Source: Prochlorococcus sp. AG-355-O17 (GTDB lineage Bacteria > Cyanobacteriota > Cyanobacteriia > PCC-6307 > Cyanobiaceae). Taken from it: a stretch of DNA of 64,000 nt. The position numbers and the translations under genes were made by a program. Positions 32,933 to 43,203 of the stretch are shown here, in pieces. The first letter of the stretch is position 1. Every line of letters starts with the position of its first letter. The stretch is from positions 64,388 to 128,387 of the forward strand of contig QCEK01000001.1 in assembly GCA_003280655.1 (NCBI GenBank). Reading direction: 5' to 3'. Below the pieces are notes generated by a model. That model was not told where the DNA came from. It was given only the letters and a program-made list of their open reading frames with translations, and made no database searches.

Positions 32933-34411
32933 TTGAATTACCCCTTAAACACAATTAATATAAATTCAATTATAAATTTAATGATAGGTAATCATTCTAG
33001 TAAAGAAAATATTAATCTTGTAATTGGATTAGGTAAATCTGGATTTTGGGCTGCCAAGTATTTGAGAAGCATCAATAAGAGAGTAATTGTTTGGGAAAGT
33101 AAAGATGGGATAGAATTCTTAGAAAGAAAAACAGAATTAGAAGAGCTTAATACACTAGTTTCTCTGAATAAAGAATTTGTATTTGAAGAAATTAAACCTT
33201 TTGTGAAAGAGATCGAATCTGTTGTTGTAAGTCCATCAATACCTTATGACCATATAACTATTATTGAATTAAAAAAAAAGGGAATTAAAGTAATTGGAGA
33301 AATTAATGTTGCATGGGAAATTTTAAAAGATACAAATTGGATAGGTATTACTGGCACTAATGGCAAGACTACTGTTACTCATCTACTAAGCCATATACTC
33401 TGTGATAATGGATTATATGCTCCTTTTGCTGGAAATATTGGTACACCTTTATGTAAATATGCTCACTCCAAAAAACATGAAAAAATTGATTGGGTTGTAG
33501 CTGAATTAAGCAGTTATCAAATAGAAATATCTCCAGAAGTAAAACCTAATATTGGAATATGGACAACCTTCACAGAAGATCATCTTGAAAGACATAAAAC
33601 ACTTGAAAACTATTTCAACATAAAAAAAAGCTTGCTAGAAAAATCTAATTTTAGAATTTATAATTATGACGATAAAAACCTGAGAAATCACTACAGTTCG
33701 CTATCAAGTGGGGTTTGGATAACAACTAGTTTCGATAAATCAAATTTTATTCATTGCGATTATTGGATAGATGAACAAGCGTACATTGTTGAGAGAGGGA
33801 AGAAATTATTCAAACTTGAACATTTTTCTTTAAAAGGAATGCATAATCTTCAAAATCTTTTATTGGTAATTGCAGCAGCAAGAAAAGTTGGATTATCTGG
33901 CAAGAAGATTAAAGATTCTTTATCTAATTACAAACAATTACCCCATAGGATGGAAACAATTTATAAAAATAATAATCTGGAAATCATTAATGATAGTAAA
34001 GCTACAAATTTTGACTCATCTATTGCGGGAATAAGTTCAATTGAAGGTCAAATAATAATCATTGCTGGGGGTAGATTAAAAGGTAATGAATATAGTGAGT
34101 GGATAAAAGTTTTAAAGAAAAAAGTTAAATGTGTTTTCCTTTTTGGAGAAAGCTCAAAAGTCCTAAAAATGGCGCTTATTAATGAAGGATTTAAAAAAAA
34201 TATTTTTGAATTTTCAGAACTAAAAGAGCTTTTAAATTTTGTTTTTCATTATTTACAAAATGATAGGGTCGGAACATTATTATTCTCACCTTCATGCTCT
34301 AGTTTTGATCAATTTAAAAATTATGAAGAGCGTGGAGATTATTTCAAGAAACTAATCAGTGAAAAATTAAAGGTTAATAAATCCATTTTTTGTTCAAGTA
34401 TCGTTTCGTAA
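32933..34411 (+). CDS. murD: UDP-N-acetylmuramoyl-L-alanine--D-glutamate ligase
   Basis: [47 protein letters not shown]; true start may be downstream. Confidence 0.97.
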   Translation: MNYPLNTININSIINLMIGNHSSKENINLVIGLGKSGFWAAKYLRSINKRVIVWESKDGIEFLERKTELEELNTLVSLNKEFVFEEIKPFVKEIESVVVSPSIPYDHITIIELKKKGIKVIGEINVAWEILKDTNWIGITGTNGKTTVTHLLSHILCDNGLYAPFAGNIGTPLCKYAHSKKHEKIDWVVAELSSYQIEISPEVKPNIGIWTTFTEDHLERHKTLENYFNIKKSLLEKSNFRIYNYDDKNLRNHYSSLSSGVWITTSFDKSNFIHCDYWIDEQAYIVERGKKLFKLEHFSLKGMHNLQNLLLVIAAARKVGLSGKKIKDSLSNYKQLPHRMETIYKNNNLEIINDSKATNFDSSIAGISSIEGQIIIIAGGRLKGNEYSEWIKVLKKKVKCVFLFGESSKVLKMALINEGFKKNIFEFSELKELLNFVFHYLQNDRVGTLLFSPSCSSFDQFKNYEERGDYFKKLISEKLKVNKSIFCSSIVS

Positions 34412-34497
34412 TTTTCAGGTCGGTCATCACAACCGTTTACCCTCTAGCAAATATTCACTTAATTAGTTAGATTTTGACTATAAATTAACCACTAGCA

Positions 34498-34812
34498 ATG
34501 AGTGAATCTAACAATTTACCTCAAGCAATAAGTCATAAAAAATTAAGTTACTTTATGCTTAAGGCACAAAAGGATTCCCATTTTTCTGATGAATTAGCAG
34601 AAATTGAAAGCTCTGAAAAAAGAGAATTTGAAGAGTTAATCAATAATTGGGAAGCTTCGACTAAAAAGGTAGTTAATGAGTTATCAAAAAGAAAAGAGAA
34701 TTTACTAAAAGATAAATCACCAAATTCTTTAATTGCTCTTGGTGCTATGGAAGTTCACCTTAATATGGCTTTGCAAGCCTTAAATGCATTTAATAAAGGA
34801 GTTGATGGGTAA
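34498..34812 (+). CDS. Conserved hypothetical protein
   Basis: 104-aa helical ORF, SLIALGAMEVHL. Confidence 0.65.
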   Translation: MSESNNLPQAISHKKLSYFMLKAQKDSHFSDELAEIESSEKREFEELINNWEASTKKVVNELSKRKENLLKDKSPNSLIALGAMEVHLNMALQALNAFNKGVDG

Positions 34813-34825
34813 AATAACAGACAAA

Positions 34826-35560
34826 TTATAAGGAAGGCATCGAAAATAAGAGAAAATCTAAGTTTTTTTCAGTATCTATAGAAACATCATCATAATAATT
34901 AACTTCAAAACCCAAGCCATCTCCAGATTCGAGAAATATATTTGAATTAGAGTCTTTACTTTTTAATAAAAGATTACCTTCTATTATTTGTATCCAATTA
35001 TATTTATCGATTTTTAATGGCAATTTTTTTTCTTTAATTGGCTTATATTTACAACGCCATAAAGAGATACTTTGATTTAGAAAAAGCTTATTATTTTTAC
35101 CGTCTTTGTAATTAAAAATAAGATTGTCCCACAACTTTTCATTTAATGAAATTTGATCATATCGAGGTTTGATATTTTCTTTTTGAGGGTATATCCAAAT
35201 CTGGAACAACTTACAGTTCTCATTCTCTTCATTCTTCTCGCTATGAGAGATTCCAGTACCTGCAGACATAACTTGTACTTCATCTTTGTGAATTTTTCCA
35301 AGATTGTTTAAAGAGTCTCTATGAGTTATTGTTCCTTTTGTTACGACAGTAATTATTTCCATATTTGCATGAGAATGTGTATTAAATCCAGCATTAGGAG
35401 AAATAATATCTTCGTTTATAACTCTAATTTTCCCAAAATTATCCCATTTTGGATCTCTATGCTCTGCGAAAGAAAATGAATGCATTGAATGCAGCCAATC
35501 TCTTCTTGATAAAAATCTATCATCGGATTTTCTTATCTTAATAATATTAAAAACCATCAA
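34826..35560 (-). CDS. Pirin family protein
   Basis: HSFSFA...NED...GFNTHSHANMEI...HRDSL...MSAGTGISHSE...QIWI. Confidence 0.93.
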   Translation of the reverse strand: MMVFNIIKIRKSDDRFLSRRDWLHSMHSFSFAEHRDPKWDNFGKIRVINEDIISPNAGFNTHSHANMEIITVVTKGTITHRDSLNNLGKIHKDEVQVMSAGTGISHSEKNEENENCKLFQIWIYPQKENIKPRYDQISLNEKLWDNLIFNYKDGKNNKLFLNQSISLWRCKYKPIKEKKLPLKIDKYNWIQIIEGNLLLKSKDSNSNIFLESGDGLGFEVNYYDDVSIDTEKNLDFLLFSMPSL

Positions 35561-35651
35561 AATTAAATAGAATAAAAAAATTCTAAATAATTAGAAAAAT
35601 ATTTGTAAAATTTTTTTGATAAATTATTCCTAAAAAAAGCAAATATCAAAT

Positions 35652-35780
35652 TTAAAAATTTATTTTACTCTGAGCCTTATTAGCCTTTATCAATATTTTT
35701 TGTGCTTCATCTCTTGTAAGGCATTTTTCTGCTTTTACATTTAAGTTTTTAAGTTTTTGCAGTTGCTTTGTGTTACTCAT
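35652..35780 (-). CDS. Small basic protein (42 aa), not in ORF track
   Basis: MSNTKQLQKLKNLNVKAEKCLTRDEAQKILIKANKAQSKINF. Confidence 0.6.
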   Translation of the reverse strand: MSNTKQLQKLKNLNVKAEKCLTRDEAQKILIKANKAQSKINF

Positions 35781-35845
35781 AATTTAATCCGTTCTTAAAG
35801 TTACTTTAACATAAGCTTAAATTAATTGCCTCTGAAACCTTTGCA

Positions 35846-36388
35846 TCAAATCATTTTTAAATCTTTGAGAATGGAATTATCAGAACAGTATAGAGGATGT
35901 ATTGGATTATCTTTGATTGTTTTCTTAATTAAAAGCGGTCCAAGAGGATTATCAAAATTATTTTTTCTGATTGAGTTATATTGCATTATTTTTTTTAATA
36001 TTCTTTTATTTCTATTTAGAAATTTCCCTTTGTTACCCCAACCTAACCATAAATCACAATTTTTATTTTCAGACCAGTGTTTTAAGTTTTTATAAATATG
36101 ATTATTGTTTAAATACCCAACAGGGTTTTTGTGATTAAAGAGTCTTCCTGGATTACTTGAAATAAGAGCAAATAAATTGATTAATTTAACTTTGCCATAA
36201 TTATTATTTTTCGAGATTTTAATTATCTTTTTTGTTGTATTATCCAAGAAAACTGCATCTGATAATGAAGGATTTAGACCAATAAAAATAATCTCTTTTT
36301 TAGATTTAGAAATCTTATAACTTAAACTCCATCTATATAGTTTGTTTGCACTTATTAAACAATTCCTTTCTAGAAATAAATTGTTCAA
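35846..36388 (-). CDS. DUF1643 domain protein
   Basis: YRWSL, FIGLNPS, NLFALIS, GWGNKG, HPLY. Confidence 0.85.
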   Translation of the reverse strand: MNNLFLERNCLISANKLYRWSLSYKISKSKKEIIFIGLNPSLSDAVFLDNTTKKIIKISKNNNYGKVKLINLFALISSNPGRLFNHKNPVGYLNNNHIYKNLKHWSENKNCDLWLGWGNKGKFLNRNKRILKKIMQYNSIRKNNFDNPLGPLLIKKTIKDNPIHPLYCSDNSILKDLKMI

Positions 36389-36870
36389 CCTAAACCTACA
36401 CCTCTAGCCATGAGAGTGGCAAACAAAGGTATTGTTGCAAAGCCCACTAATTCAGTAGTAATGATTAGTCTGAACCTCTTCACTAGGTTTTCTGAAATTT
36501 CAGGTAATTTATTCTTACTTAATGGAATGGCCCACAAGATATAGGTTGTTGTTGGATATAAAGAAAGTAATCCCACAAGAATATAAAGAGAAACCTTTAT
36601 CCAAAACACAGGATTACCTGTATAGAAATCACCTCCTTGACCAAAATACTTAACACGCAAAATCCCAGTAACTAATATCGCAACTCCTGCTAAACCATAA
36701 ACCACATCTGCAATTATCATTGAGATCGTCTGATTTCTATTAAGACCTACTTTGAGAGTCAATCTTTCAAACAAAAGAGAACCGAAACACAATATTATTC
36801 CTAAATAATGAACATATGCTACCAATGCACTTTTCGCAATTTCACCTGTCAATAAAGTTCCAAATAACAT
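36385..36870 (-). CDS. DUF2214 family membrane protein
   Basis: AYVHYL...ADVVYG...TGILRV...FY..NPVFWIK...LSLYPT...MARGVG. Confidence 0.85.
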   Translation of the reverse strand: MLFGTLLTGEIAKSALVAYVHYLGIILCFGSLLFERLTLKVGLNRNQTISMIIADVVYGLAGVAILVTGILRVKYFGQGGDFYTGNPVFWIKVSLYILVGLLSLYPTTTYILWAIPLSKNKLPEISENLVKRFRLIITTELVGFATIPLFATLMARGVGLG

Positions 36871-36957
36871 TTTTTAGTAAAATTTATACAATACTAACCT
36901 CCAAAAAAGGAATTTGTTTAGAAAATAAATTAAACAATAAAAAGTCAGGTATTGAAT

Positions 36958-37707
36958 CTAGGAATCTAAAAACCTTTTTTGACCATCTTCAAAGAAATCC
37001 TTTTTATTCCATACTTCGATTACATCTGGGAAATGTTTTTCCATACAATTATCACAAACCCCATGACTGAATCTAATATCACTAATTTTCGAAAGATATT
37101 TTTCTAAATGCATCCAATCACCCTCCTTATTTTTCACTTCTCTGCAATATGAACAGACAGATAAAATACCTTCCTGTTTGTGCAAGTTAGACAAAGCATC
37201 TAGCAAGTTCAATGACTTTTTTCTAAGCTCTAAAAATGAAACTATTTGCTTGGATAATAATTCCATAATATTGAATTGTTGTGTAGTTAGATTTCCAGGC
37301 TTTCTATCTATTACACAAAGAGTTCCAAGTTTATTACCATCACTATTTCTAAGGGGAAAACCTGCATAAAAACGAATCTTGGGGTCTCCTGTTACCAATG
37401 GATTATTTATAAACCTTTCATCTTGGAAAGCATCATGAATAATTAATGGACTATTTTCTTTTATTGCATGGGTACAAAAAGACCAATCTCTTCTAGTTTC
37501 TGATATTTGAAGTCCTATTTTGGATTTAAACCATTGTTTATCTTTGTCTACCAATGTCATTAAAGAAATAGGCACATTACAGGTTGTAGCAGCAATCTTT
37601 GTAATATCGTCATAACATGATTCTGGCTTAGTTCCCAAAATCCTATATTCTGCTAAAGCTTTTAATCTTCTTTCCTCTTCTTCTTTTTTTGATACAAGAT
37701 TCTGCAT
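36958..37707 (-). CDS. GAF domain protein with C-terminal Cys/His motif domain
   Basis: EERRLKALAEYRILGT...RFYAGFPL...GTLCVID; C-terminal CSYC...SHGVCDNC. Confidence 0.88.
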   Translation of the reverse strand: MQNLVSKKEEEERRLKALAEYRILGTKPESCYDDITKIAATTCNVPISLMTLVDKDKQWFKSKIGLQISETRRDWSFCTHAIKENSPLIIHDAFQDERFINNPLVTGDPKIRFYAGFPLRNSDGNKLGTLCVIDRKPGNLTTQQFNIMELLSKQIVSFLELRKKSLNLLDALSNLHKQEGILSVCSYCREVKNKEGDWMHLEKYLSKISDIRFSHGVCDNCMEKHFPDVIEVWNKKDFFEDGQKRFLDS

Positions 37708-37826
37708 TAATCTTCACCAATAATTTAAACTTTAAAATTAAAGTTTCTTCAAAAAACTTTTTCCTTCTAATACTTAATAAAAAAAAGATAAACTTATTGA
37801 ATTGTTACTTACTGATTTATTACTTA

Positions 37827-39071
37827 TTAATTTATTGTTGATTGATTTAACTTTGAAACTGCCATCCCAGCGATCCATCCACTTGTCCAACAATGTTGAA
37901 AATTAAATCCACCAGTGATCCCATCAACATCCAAAACTTCTCCAGAAAAAAATAACCCTGGACAAATTAAGCTCTCCATACTTTTAAAATTAACCTCATT
38001 AATTTTTACGCCTCCGGAAGTAACAAATTCCTCTCCAAATGGACCTTTACCCGAAACTTTATATTTATCCCTCATTAGAGTATTTATCATTTTCTCTCTT
38101 TCATCCGCCAGTAAATCAGCCCACTTTTTCTCTTTATCAATACCTATTTTCTTTAATAAAAAAATCCATAATCTTTTTGTTAATAGTGGAAGAGGTCTAC
38201 TATTAATGAGATTCACCTTGCCTTTATTTAATCTTAAATAATTAATTTTTTCTTTTAACTCCTCATAACTGAAAGAAGACCATTTAATGATTAAATTAAA
38301 TTTATATTTTTGGCTATAAAGTTCCCTTGCTGCAATTGATGAAAGTTTTAATACTGCTGGCCCACTAAACCCCCAATGCGTTATTAGTAAATCGCCTCTA
38401 TTTCGAAAATTCTTATTATTTAAATTAATTTCTATATCTATGCCCCTTATCGATACCCCAGTACATTCATCCAAATTTGGTTCTTTTGTGGAAAAAGTAA
38501 AAAGCGATGGTACAGGTTTAACAATGGTGTGTCCAAGATTTTGAGCTAATTTATATCCGCTTGGATTACCTCCAGTTGAAAGAATAATATTTTTTGCAGT
38601 TACCTTTGCTTTTTTAAGACTAAAAATATTGAATATATTATCTGGAGTTTTTGCAATTTCTTTTACAAAAAATTTTGTTAGTATCTCTACGTTTTTTGAT
38701 AAAGCACTTTTTCTCAAACAATCAATAACATCTGAAGAAGAATTAGACACTGGGAATACTCTTAGATCTTCCTCAATTTTTAATTTTAAACCTTTTTTCT
38801 CAAACCAATCGTATACATCTCCAGCAGCAAAACGATTAAATGATTCCAAGAGCTGAATTCCACCTCTGGGGTAATTCTCAATTAGTTCATTCGGTATCCA
38901 TGTCGCATTAGTGACATTACATCTTCCCCCTCCACTAATCCTTACTTTCTCCATAAGTTTTGAAGTTCCTTCAAGAATTATTATTCTTTTTACTCCATTT
39001 TCAGCAGCAGTTATTGCTGTCATAAAACCGGCTGCCCCGCCTCCAACAACTGCTAAATCAAAAGGTTCCAA
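37827..39071 (-). CDS. HI0933/BaiN family flavoprotein
   Basis: GGGAAG, ISGGGRCNVTN, LITHWGFSGP, VTSGGV, GEVLDVDGITGGFN. Confidence 0.94.
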   Translation of the reverse strand: MEPFDLAVVGGGAAGFMTAITAAENGVKRIIILEGTSKLMEKVRISGGGRCNVTNATWIPNELIENYPRGGIQLLESFNRFAAGDVYDWFEKKGLKLKIEEDLRVFPVSNSSSDVIDCLRKSALSKNVEILTKFFVKEIAKTPDNIFNIFSLKKAKVTAKNIILSTGGNPSGYKLAQNLGHTIVKPVPSLFTFSTKEPNLDECTGVSIRGIDIEINLNNKNFRNRGDLLITHWGFSGPAVLKLSSIAARELYSQKYKFNLIIKWSSFSYEELKEKINYLRLNKGKVNLINSRPLPLLTKRLWIFLLKKIGIDKEKKWADLLADEREKMINTLMRDKYKVSGKGPFGEEFVTSGGVKINEVNFKSMESLICPGLFFSGEVLDVDGITGGFNFQHCWTSGWIAGMAVSKLNQSTIN

Positions 39072-39255
39072 AAACTTATTATTTAATATGCTTCAATCAG
39101 ATAATAGCAAGTAGTTATAAAGAAAAATTAGTCCAAAAACCATAAAAAAATAAATATAAAACTTTAAAACTACATAAAAATAGCTTGGATTCGCTAATTT
39201 TTAAATTTCTAGAAAAATCAACACAGTCGTTATTTTTATGCTTTAAGTTAATTAA

Positions 39256-39492
39256 ATGAGTTTGTTATTTTCTTACGTTAAATATTCTGAGGCCAGTTTT
39301 CCTATGACTGGTCAATATACTGCTCTTCTTTTAATAACTTCTGTTATTTGGGTTCTACTTTGGTTTGGATATAGACAAAATAAGATAAATGATGAGATCA
39401 AGAAAAAAGAAAAAGAAGAAAGAATTAATGCGAAAGTTCAAAGAAGAAAGAAATTAGAGAGTTTGTACCCTACTAATAAAAAAACTGTTTAA
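39256..39492 (+). CDS. Small single-TM coiled-coil protein
   Basis: TM (ALLLITSVIWVLLWFG) followed by a charged helix ending LESLYP; start may be the ATG at 39304. Confidence 0.6.
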   Translation: MSLLFSYVKYSEASFPMTGQYTALLLITSVIWVLLWFGYRQNKINDEIKKKEKEERINAKVQRRKKLESLYPTNKKTV

Positions 39493-39631
39493 AATAAATT
39501 TCTTTAGATACATGAAAAAAAATAGTTTCAAATCACTAATTCAGTACTTACCTGGGATTTTGATTCTTATTTATGTATTCTTTTTAGCATTTACTCAATT
39601 TATAAAATAAAATTTTTAAAAATTATTCGTT

Positions 39632-40504
39632 TTGATTGGAATCCTTTCTGCTTTTGGAGCTGCTACATCTTGGACATATGCGTGTTTTATTTGGCGCTCG
39701 CAAACTCAAAAATATAAATCAATAGATATTAATTTAATAAAAAATATAATAGCTTTTTTAATTTTTATACCAGCTTTTATCAATCTAAGTTCTACAACTG
39801 CATTAAAAAACATATTTATCCTACTAATTAGTGGAATAATAGGTATTGGTTTAGGCGATACTTTCTATTTAAAGTCACTACAAACAATTGGCACAAGAAA
39901 AACTTTATCTATAGAAACTCTTTCTCCGTTAATGGCAGCTTTATCAGGGGAATTTTTTATTAATGAAAATTTAACAACTAAATCATGGTTTGGAATAATT
40001 ATAGTAACGATTTCGCTATTCATAATTCTCAGAAAAGGTAACGATTTTAAAGAGGAAAACTCCTCTTTCTCGGAAAAAAATAACTTTAAGATTTTTGCTT
40101 TTCCTTTTTTTTCAGTTTTATGTGCTGTTCTTGGAGGTCTTTTATCAAGGATGGTTTTCCTTCAAAGCAATTTATCTCCTTTCCTTACAACTGAAATAAG
40201 ATTATTAGGTGCAATAATTTTTTTGATTAGTCTAAAAGGATTTAAGATTAATTTTTTCTTAAAAAACATAGATAAAAAACAACAAAAAAGATTTTTTATT
40301 TCAATACTTCTTGGAACAAATATAGGAATATTTCTACAACAAGTTGTGTTTAAAACCCTTCCCATAGGAGTAGGATGGGCTTTACTAAGCACATCTCCAG
40401 TAATTTCCTTATTTTTTGCTAAGAATGAGGAAAAAGAAATTACCAAAAAAATAATATTTTTTACTTGTTTTTTATTTTTTGGCTTGACATTAATAATTCT
40501 TTAA
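39632..40504 (+). CDS. DMT/EamA family transporter
   Basis: About 10 TM segments in two repeats, GIIGIGLGDTFY, STSPV. Confidence 0.85.
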   Translation: MIGILSAFGAATSWTYACFIWRSQTQKYKSIDINLIKNIIAFLIFIPAFINLSSTTALKNIFILLISGIIGIGLGDTFYLKSLQTIGTRKTLSIETLSPLMAALSGEFFINENLTTKSWFGIIIVTISLFIILRKGNDFKEENSSFSEKNNFKIFAFPFFSVLCAVLGGLLSRMVFLQSNLSPFLTTEIRLLGAIIFLISLKGFKINFFLKNIDKKQQKRFFISILLGTNIGIFLQQVVFKTLPIGVGWALLSTSPVISLFFAKNEEKEITKKIIFFTCFLFFGLTLIIL

Positions 40505-40581
40505 TCTCTAAGTTAATGTAAAAAATACTCATGTTAATAAAAATCAAATTAAATAAAATTACCCTATAAACACTCAAAAAA

Positions 40582-40698
40582 ATGAAAACATTAAAGAAAA
40601 AAAGACTCGGCACATTTGAAGTTTATGTTATTTTTTTAAGCTGCATTTATGCAGGTTTTATAAGTTATAAATCTCTATTAAATATTTTATTTACTTGA
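40582..40698 (+). CDS. Single-TM microprotein (38 aa)
   Basis: MKTLKKKRLGTFEVYVIFLSCIYAGFISYKSLLNILFT. Confidence 0.4.
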   Translation: MKTLKKKRLGTFEVYVIFLSCIYAGFISYKSLLNILFT

Positions 40699-40700
40699 AA

Positions 40701-40835
40701 TTAATTAATTCTTTCTAATGATTTAATCAACTTACCTCCATCTTGGTCATCATCATCATTTGAAGCGAAAAATAAAAAAAATATTCCTAGAGAAGCTATA
40801 GATAACGAAATTGACAATACAGAAAGCTCATCCAT
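40701..40835 (-). CDS. TM + acidic DDDDQDGG microprotein (44 aa)
   Basis: MDELSVLSISLSIASLGIFFLFFASNDDDDQDGGKLIKSLERIN; paralog at 41970. Confidence 0.65.
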   Translation of the reverse strand: MDELSVLSISLSIASLGIFFLFFASNDDDDQDGGKLIKSLERIN

Positions 40836-40952
40836 AAATTAGAAATTTTTTTTATGATAAACGAAAAAAAATAAAAGACAGTAAAGAAATACACATTCTC
40901 GAAAATAAATATTTCTTTTATTTGTAAAATGAAAAAACATCCGAACTATTTC

Positions 40953-41228
40953 GTGAAAGTTCTAATATCTTCCCCCTGTAGTGCAAGCGTAATAATTCAG
41001 TATGGAATAAAAAGTTGGCCTATTTGGGAATGTGAGCCAAGCAAATTTCAATGGAATTACGATGATAAGGAAATTTGCTTAATTATTGAAGGTCAAGCGA
41101 CAATAAGTACCCAAAACGGTGACATTTACGTTATTAAAGCTGGAGATCTAGTTGAGTTTCCTGCTGGGCTTAACTGCGAATGGGAAGTAACCAAAAGTAT
41201 TAAAAAACATTATCGATTGGGTAGCTAA
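40953..41228 (+). CDS. Cupin domain protein (DUF861/EutQ-like)
   Basis: WPIWECEPSKF.W.Y...E.CLIIEG...KAGDLV.FPAG...W; GTG at 40953 is the likely start (track starts at 40929). Confidence 0.85.
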   Translation: MKVLISSPCSASVIIQYGIKSWPIWECEPSKFQWNYDDKEICLIIEGQATISTQNGDIYVIKAGDLVEFPAGLNCEWEVTKSIKKHYRLGS

Positions 41229-41319
41229 ATTTAAGAAAAAAGATTTTTTCTTCTTTACTGTTAAGTCAATGTAGATAAAATATGGTTAATAAATAATTTT
41301 CAAGAAGGAAACTAATATT

Positions 41320-41490
41320 ATGCCTTTTACTGATCAAGAATATTTTGAGGTTATTGAAAAAAACGAAATAGTAAAAAAGGCCTTTGATAATATTAAGCAA
41401 ATTTGCATTGATTTACAAAAACAAACAAATTGTCCTGAAGAGGATCTAAAAGATTTTCTTGAATTTATTTCTAAACAATGGAATAAGTAA
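41320..41490 (+). CDS. Small protein (56 aa)
   Basis: MPFTDQEYFEVIEKNEIVKKAFDNIKQICIDLQKQTNCPEEDLKDFLEFISKQWNK; AAGG upstream. Confidence 0.6.
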   Translation: MPFTDQEYFEVIEKNEIVKKAFDNIKQICIDLQKQTNCPEEDLKDFLEFISKQWNK

Positions 41491-41554
41491 TAATTAAAAA
41501 GCCTTTTAAATAATTAATTTAAAATTTCAATTTATTTTTCTGACAGAAAAAGTT

Positions 41555-41686
41555 CTAATCTAATTCCTTTTTTGGCTTTGTATTGATACTGGAAGTTCCC
41601 TTAGCAGCAGAAACGAAGAAAAAGAAACCAACAATTCCTGATATACCAAATATCGCAGCCAAAGGATCAAAAGTGAAAGAAAACAT
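41555..41686 (-). CDS. Single-TM microprotein (43 aa)
   Basis: MFSFTFDPLAAIFGISGIVGFFFFVSAAKGTSSINTKPKKELD. Confidence 0.55.
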   Translation of the reverse strand: MFSFTFDPLAAIFGISGIVGFFFFVSAAKGTSSINTKPKKELD

Positions 41687-41969
41687 AGAATTTATAAAAT
41701 CAAGATAAATAATAGTTTTTGAATCAAAATTCTACAATTATTGTTAAGTATAAAAAATAACAATCGCGCGATTCATTATGTCATTATTAGTTATTTAGTA
41801 GGTTCAAAAAAATTATTATCCAAATTGATTTTAAGAATAAAAATATCAATTTATACCAAATATCTATTCGTGCTGAAGAAAAAAGTTTTTAAAAAAATTT
41901 ATAGAAATATTGAATAAAACACTACCCAGAGGATCCACAATTGTTGTTTCTTTAGATTAATATCAGTTC

Positions 41970-42152
41970 ATGACAGATTTTTACTCAGCTTCTTCCTCAG
42001 TAAGTTCTTTTGCTGCGATAATATGGTGCCTTTACCCAGTAGCTGTACTTGTAATTATTGAATTACTTCTGGGGGGTGGGTTTGATGATGACAATAATGA
42101 CGATCAAGATGGTGGAATGTTAATACCTGCTTACTCTAGATCAGACGTTTGA
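41970..42152 (+). CDS. TM + acidic DDDNNDDQDGG microprotein (60 aa)
   Basis: ORF track; paralogous motif to 40701-40835. Confidence 0.7.
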   Translation: MTDFYSASSSVSSFAAIIWCLYPVAVLVIIELLLGGGFDDDNNDDQDGGMLIPAYSRSDV

Positions 42153-42198
42153 AACTTTTTAGATTTTAAATTAGAATCTCTGAAAAAATTTCAGTAAA

Positions 42199-42339
42199 TT
42201 GATTAACAATATTGATATAACTTATATTTCCCTAATTACACTTACGATTCTTATCGTTTCTTCTCTGTCTTGGCTTGTCTTGAGAACCCTTAAAGAAGGT
42301 AGAAAAGCTTTAACAGATATAAATAAGGATAAATCATAA
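42199..42339 (+). CDS. Single-TM microprotein (46 aa, TTG start)
   Basis: MINNIDITYISLITLTILIVSSLSWLVLRTLKEGRKALTDINKDKS. Confidence 0.45.
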   Translation: MINNIDITYISLITLTILIVSSLSWLVLRTLKEGRKALTDINKDKS

Positions 42340-42450
42340 AAATCTTAAATAAATACTAGAATTTGAAAGATTACCAAGTTAAACAATTACAAATTCATAT
42401 TTGTTTTTTATTGTGACGGAGCTCTTCTACTAATTACTTTAAAAATAAAA

Positions 42451-42546
42451 ATGCATCTTAATTCTTTACTTTATATTTGTTCTATATCTTTATTCATTTA
42501 TATAATGGCGCTATTTTGGAGAGACTTGCCAAATCAAAAAAAATAA
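42451..42546 (+). CDS. Single-TM microprotein (31 aa)
   Basis: MHLNSLLYICSISLFIYIMALFWRDLPNQKK. Confidence 0.35.
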   Translation: MHLNSLLYICSISLFIYIMALFWRDLPNQKK

Positions 42547-42623
42547 ATAATTAATATTAATTTTGTTGCTTATAAAAATAAATTGAGTTATTAATTTAAT
42601 ATTGGATTTAATTTTTTATATAC

Positions 42624-42791
42624 ATGCTGAAAGAATCTTCAAATAACAATAACAAAAATATATTCTCTGAGACCACAAGTATTGCAAAAGAAAAGATGAT
42701 TTGCAAAGACGGATTCTGTTCATTACCAAATCAAGATGAGATCCCAAAACAAGATGCAAATGATATGAATTTATTTGATCCTATTAAGTAA
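42624..42791 (+). CDS. Small protein with CKDGFC motif (55 aa)
   Basis: MLKESSNNNNKNIFSETTSIAKEKMICKDGFCSLPNQDEIPKQDANDMNLFDPIK. Confidence 0.55.
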   Translation: MLKESSNNNNKNIFSETTSIAKEKMICKDGFCSLPNQDEIPKQDANDMNLFDPIK

Positions 42792-42856
42792 ATAAATAAT
42801 ATTTTGATAAATTAAAGATTAAATTGATAATGTTAGATTCTTTGAATTTTTAATTT

Positions 42857-43192
42857 ATGTTTATTGACTTTTTAAACGCATATAAAGAGTTTTGGATTAA
42901 AGCTACAGATTTCAAAGGATTTACATCTCGATCAGACTGGTGGTTAGTTCAATTAGCAAATCTTATAATTTCTATCCTAACTATCCCAATATTTCTAAAA
43001 ACTTTTGGATTCAATGCTTATGGAATAGTTTGTATAATTCCTCAAATAGCTATTGATGTAAGAAGAATCAGAGATTTTGGAAAAGATTGGAAATGGATCT
43101 TTATTAATTTAATACCTATCTTCGGATGGATCTTGTGGTTCATCTGGCTAGGATTTGGTAAGAAAGGTAATGGGAAAAATAAACTTATATAG
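42857..43192 (+). CDS. DUF805 family membrane protein
   Basis: FKGFTSRSDWW...IAIDVRRIRDFGK.WKW...IPIFGW. Confidence 0.88.
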   Translation: MFIDFLNAYKEFWIKATDFKGFTSRSDWWLVQLANLIISILTIPIFLKTFGFNAYGIVCIIPQIAIDVRRIRDFGKDWKWIFINLIPIFGWILWFIWLGFGKKGNGKNKLI

Positions 43193-43203
43193 AAATTAAC
43201 TCT

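Noticed and set aside
2041-38856. Numerous 60-165 aa antisense or alternate-frame ORFs in the track (e.g. 2041, 3654, 6278, 7997, 8894, 9203, 9558, 11623, 11830, 12373, 12552, 17738, 18888, 20890, 21258, 22801, 23844, 24104, 25722, 26796, 27921, 28801, 30203, 31105, 31224, 35826, 36816, 37178, 37915, 38629)
   Set aside because: They overlap well-supported genes, have no motifs, and look like shadow frames of AT-rich coding DNA
38911-40446. Track ORFs 38911-39114 and 40162-40446
   Set aside because: The first is an alternate frame over the HI0933 gene start and the second is antisense to the DMT gene; no independent support
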